Notes under the pieces: generated by a model
What the model saw: the letters and a program-made list of their open reading frames with translations, nothing else
Told to the model about the DNA's origin: nothing
Database searches by the model: none
Assembly (NCBI RefSeq): GCF_964213995.1
Contig: NW_027590511.1
Location: 1-64,000, forward strand
Length of the DNA stretch: 64,000 nucleotides
Origin: Mustelus asterias
Lineage: Eukaryota
Direction: 5' to 3'
Shown: positions 59,740 through 64,000 of the stretch, piece by piece
Layout: every line of letters begins with the position of its first letter
How positions within the stretch are numbered: the first letter of the stretch is position 1
Program-made: the position numbers and the translations under genes

Positions 59740-60060
59740 CCACCAGGCGTCGCTGTGACGCTGCCGGGGGCTGCCTGTGCGCATGTGCGGCACGGGAATG
59801 CTCCCAGAGGTCAGCGCGCGGGACGCCGCCGCATTGATGGCGTCTCCCCTGGCAACGCAATATGGCCGCTGGCCGCCTCCCTTGGCAACGCAAAATGGCC
59901 GCCGGCGGTGGGTGTCATTGCGGCGCACGCGCAGTGAGGTCTGTCTGCAGCCATTGTCCAGATTGCCCCCAGTGGATGGGGTTGGGATTGTGCAGCAGAT
60001 GGAGCAACAATCCCAGTTTCAATAGGGGGACAGAAGCTGCAATGCTGCCCCCTGTTGGTC
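59740..60060. promoter_or_regulatory. CpG-island-like promoter with duplicated RFX/YY1-like modules, NRF1-like sites and a CTCF-like site
   Basis: CTCCC(C/T)TGGCAACGCAA(T/A)ATGGCCGC at 59844 and 59877; GCGCATGTGC and GCGCACGCGCA; minus-strand GACCAACAGGGGGCAGCA at 60060-60043. Confidence 0.55.
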
Positions 60061-61241
60061 ACTTCTCCCAGTCTCAGCATTGCAGAGTGTTTAAACAAGA
60101 GTGCATTGTCACAGCAGCACCTTGACCTTCAGTTTCAGTTTATTTATTAGTGTCAGAAGTAGGCTTACATTAACACTGCAATGAAGTTACTGTGAGAATC
60201 CCCTAGTCGCCACACTCCGGCGCCTGTTCGGGTTACACTGAGGGAGAATTTAGCACGGCCAATGCACCCTAACCAGCACATCTTTCAGACTGTGGGAGGA
60301 AACCGGAGCACCCGGAGGAAACCCACGCAGACACGGGGAGGGGACAGCCCGGGGGAAAGCTCCATTCCAACTGTCCCTGGAGTGTCAGATTAACCTGGGT
60401 CACTCACGCCCCCCCCCCGGCTAAGACTCACCTCCCTCAGACAGTGAGACCCTCCTGTATCACTCACCTTACTGTAGTCACATACCCTCAGACTCAGCAC
60501 TGGGCCCTGGGCGTGTTCTTTAAATGCTGCGACCTATCGTGGAGGAAAGAATTGGGAGGATTTTAATTTGATTTGATTTATTATTGTCGCATGTATTGGG
60601 ATACAGTGAAAAGTATTGTTTCTTGTATGCTGTACAGACAAAACATACCGTTCATAGAGTACATTGGGGAGAAGTAAAAGAGAGGGTGCAGAATGTAGTG
60701 TTGCAGTCATAGGTAGGGTGTAGAGAGACATTCCCAAAGCAGCCACAGAAAAGTGACTGGTTATTTTAAAGATTGAACCTGAACTATTTGAGCTGATGAT
60801 TCACTCACATTGTACAGAAATGTTGACCCTGTTTTGATGAGAGTGATCAGATTAACATTGTAACATGAAGACAGCCTCCGTACTGAGATTAACCACATTT
60901 ACAACAATTCCGCAATATCAGATCCATTGCTGTGTGTATTGTACGAATTCAGCTGTGAAATATCTGGACATTTGGAGCTTCCACTGTTTCTGTCATTTCA
61001 TCATTTATTAAAGTGCGTTGTTCTATCCCTTTTAAATCTAAGTTGTGTCAGTTTACATTTCCCTGCACTGAAACCTCTCCACCAGTTTTGTCCATGTACA
61101 AAATATGAATAACTCTTTCCAATGTGATGTTTCCAGCTGCGCTGCTTACAATGCTGTCTAATGTTTTGTGTCATCGGCAAACCAGGATGTGTAGCATTCA
61201 GTCACATTAAATGGTCAATAAATATGTCAATACTGTGTATA

Positions 61242-61244
<3 letters not shown>

Positions 61245-61273
<29 letters not shown>

Positions 61274-61690
61274 AGCATGCATGTGTGTCAATGTATTTGA
61301 ATCTCAAATATGTGCAGTTGGAGGCCATTTGACCCATCGAGCCTGCTCCCCCACTCAAACAGATCATGACAAACACACACAAACACACACACACACTCAT
61401 AGACACACACACACACAGACGCACTCACAGAGATACAGACACACACACACACTCATAGACACACACACATAGACAAAGAGAGAGACACACAGACACACAC
61501 GCAGAGAGACACAAACACACACTCACAGACACACATGCACAAAGACCCAGAGAGAGACACACAGACACAGACACTCACTCACAGACACACGCAGAGAAAC
61601 ACAATCACACACACAGAAACACACATTGAAATAGACACTTGCACACACTTAGAAACTGTCTCTCTCTCTCACACACACACACACAGAAAT
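61245..61690. repeat. (TG)n/(CA)n microsatellite region
   Basis: Seen directly. Confidence 0.9.
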
Positions 61691-62351
61691 ACAAAAACAT
61701 AAGCGCACCGACACTCTTATTCCTATTTCTGTTTTACTCCTCAATACCCCAACTAAAAGGTACTGGGATCTGAACTTGAAATGCTGGAACTGATCATGGA
61801 GGAACGAGTGGGGCCTAATAGACACTGAGAAGTTAACTTGTGTATGAATCATAGAATGGGGACAGCACAGGAGGCCATTCAGCCCGTCAAGCCTGGATCG
61901 ACACACTGCAAGAGCAGTTTCACTATTCCCAATCAAAGAACAAAGAACAATACAGCACAGGAACAGGCCCTTCGGCCCTCCAAGCCCGCGCCGCTCCCCG
62001 GTCCAGGATTGAATCCTGAATCCAGGATCCCCGCCCAAAGCATTAACCCCAATCCCGGAACTCACAGGTTAACACTCAGTGATTGAACCATAGGATCCCT
62101 ATTTTGCAGCAGGAGGTCATTCGACGTATCGAGCCTGAACTGGCTCTCCAACAGAGCATCTTACTCATGCTTTATCCCTGTAACGCCACATATTTATCCC
62201 GCTAAACACCGAATTTATACATCTTGGGACACTAGGGGGCAATTAGTAATCGAACTCACTTGCCCACCTTTGCACTGTTTTGGAATGGTTCAATTCCTTT
62301 GTACAAAGGAACATTCAATGTCTCTCTCTGCTATCTACATCCTGACCACGA

Positions 62352-62550
62352 TGTAGAGATGTCGGCGTTGGACTGGGGTGGGCGCAGTAAGAAGTCTCAC
62401 AACAACACGTTAAATCCAACAGGTTCATTTCGCATCACGAGCACGAGGAGCGCTGCTCTTTCATCACTCACCTGATGAAGGAGCAGTGCTCTGAAAGCTC
62501 GTGATACCAAATACACCTGTTGGACTTGAACCTGGTGTTGTGAGACTTCT
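62352..62550. mobile_element. Penelope-like inverted-repeat relic forming a hairpin of about 160 bp
   Basis: agaagtctcacaaca...tcatca / tgatgaa...tgttgtgagacttct; single arms at about 13770-13890 and 20345-20460. Confidence 0.65.
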
Positions 62551-62569
62551 GACGATATCCTGCCCATTT

Positions 62570-64000
62570 GTTCGAAGTGGTGCAGGACAGAGGGAGAGAT
62601 TCTCAGCAGGAGTACTGAGGGTGAGTAAAGTGCTGTGATTTATTTATTGATTTATTTAATCCGTTTTTTCGCGGGCTTTTTTCAAGGGTTTAAACTCTGA
62701 GGAAGTGGGAGTAGGCGGCAGGGGATTCTGGCAGATTGTGTTTTTTCGTATAAAAGTCACTCTATACAGCGGGCAACGTCGGGAGCGGGCAGGGGAGTGA
62801 GTGGGAAGCTGAGTGAAAGCTGTAAGGGCTTTGGCTCACAGGGTTTCGGGGGAAAGGGCGAGGCAGGGGTGAGTTTAACTCATTTTTGCTGTTTCTACCT
62901 GGTACTGGCAAGGTATCTAGAGGGGATGGGTGTGCAGGCAGTGCTATGTTCCTCTTGCAGTATGTTTGAGGTGAGGGACGACGTCAGTGTCCCTGCTGAT
63001 TACACCTGTGGGAAGTGCACTCATCTGCAGCTCCTCCAAAACCGTGTTAGGGAACTGGAGCTGGAGTTCGATGAACTTAGGATCATGAGGGACGCAGAGG
63101 TGGCCATAGACAGAAGCTTTAGGGATACAGTTACTCTGAGGAATGAAAATAGATGGGTGACAATGAGAGGGGCTGCGAGGAAGCAGTCAGTGCAGGGATC
63201 CCCTGTGGTCGTTCCCCTTAGCAACAAGTATTCCGCTTTGGATACAGTTGAGGGGGACGACATACCAGTGGTGAGCCGCAGTGAGAGGATCTCCAGCACT
63301 GTGTCCGTTTCTGTGGCTCGGGAGGGTAAGGGGAACAACGGGAGGGCAATAGTTATTGGTGACTCGTTAATTAGAGGGATAGATAGGAGGTTTTGTGGCA
63401 GCAAAAGAGACTCAAGGATGGTATGTTGCCTACTGGATGCCAGGGTCTGTGACGTCTCAGACCGTGTCTTCCGGATTCTTAAGGGGGAGGGGGAACAGTC
63501 ACAAGTCGTGGTACACATTGGTACCAACGACATAGGTAAGAGAAGGGACGGGGATTTAAAACAGGAATTTCGGGAGCTGGGCTGGAAGCTGAGAGCCAAG
63601 ACAAAACATGTGGTCATCTCTGGTAGGTTACCGGTGCCATGTGATAGCGAGTTGAGGAACAGGGAAAGAGTGCAGTTAAACAGGTGGTTGCAGGGATGAT
63701 GTAGGAGGGAGGGTTTCAGATACGTGAATAATTGGAACACATTCTGGGGAAGGTGGGACCTGTACAAACAGGACGGGGTGCACCTGAACCAGAGGGGCAC
63801 CAATATCCTGGGAGGGAAATTTGCTACAGCTCTTCAGGGGGGTTTAAACTAATTTGTCAGGGGAGTGGGAAAAGGAGTTGTAGTCCAGAAGTCAGTGTTG
63901 AGGGTGGTGAGGTAGTGGGGAAGGTATCAAGGTCAAGGGTGGGTATCGGTAGACAGGAAGGTGGGTTGAAGTGTGTCTACTTCAATGCAAGGAGCATCCG
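62570..64000 (+). mobile_element. 5' part of a CR1 LINE: ORF1 62926-63852 (zinc finger/leucine zipper plus SGNH esterase, premature TGA at 63697) and the start of ORF2
   Basis: CSSC..CGKC, IVIGDSLIRG, VVHIGTND, DGVHLN; ORF2 begins LKCVYFNARSI. Confidence 0.92.

Overview
Cartilaginous-fish (shark) genomic DNA, judged from a cluster-type immunoglobulin gene and shark-type SINE/CR1 repeats. There are three N gaps (7796-8147, 8222-8351, 20906-21090). The main content is one minus-strand IgM heavy-chain cluster: promoter, leader (29175-29220), VH, D, JH (27914-27961), an 8.1-kb J-C intron, and Cmu1-4 with a secretory tail (16114-19809). All its reading frames and splice sites are open. Three observations stand out. 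(1) The VH appears already fused in the genome to D1: YYC-A is followed by CTACAGTGGGAT and a 22-bp-spacer RSS, so only one free D (12/12 RSS) and J remain to rearrange. (2) No transmembrane exons are visible downstream; a 56-bp satellite with an RSS heptamer and a hairpin in each monomer, a CTCF-like site and an unrelated gene lie there instead. (3) An intact full-length Tx1/L1-clade retrotransposon (50796-58000) and a tandem 5'-truncated copy end at the identical nucleotide of a near-identical palindromic 30-50 bp sequence. That sequence looks like the first exon of a C2H2 zinc-finger gene and is also present at the element's 5' end, suggesting target-specific insertion into ZNF genes. Also present: a decayed second VH with a duplicated upstream region, a truncated ZNF gene, three paralogous plus-strand terminal exons, a G-run repeat array, a CpG-island promoter, and many CR1, SINE and Penelope-like relics. 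Repeat boundaries are approximate, and family names come from recall of consensus sequences, not from database searches.
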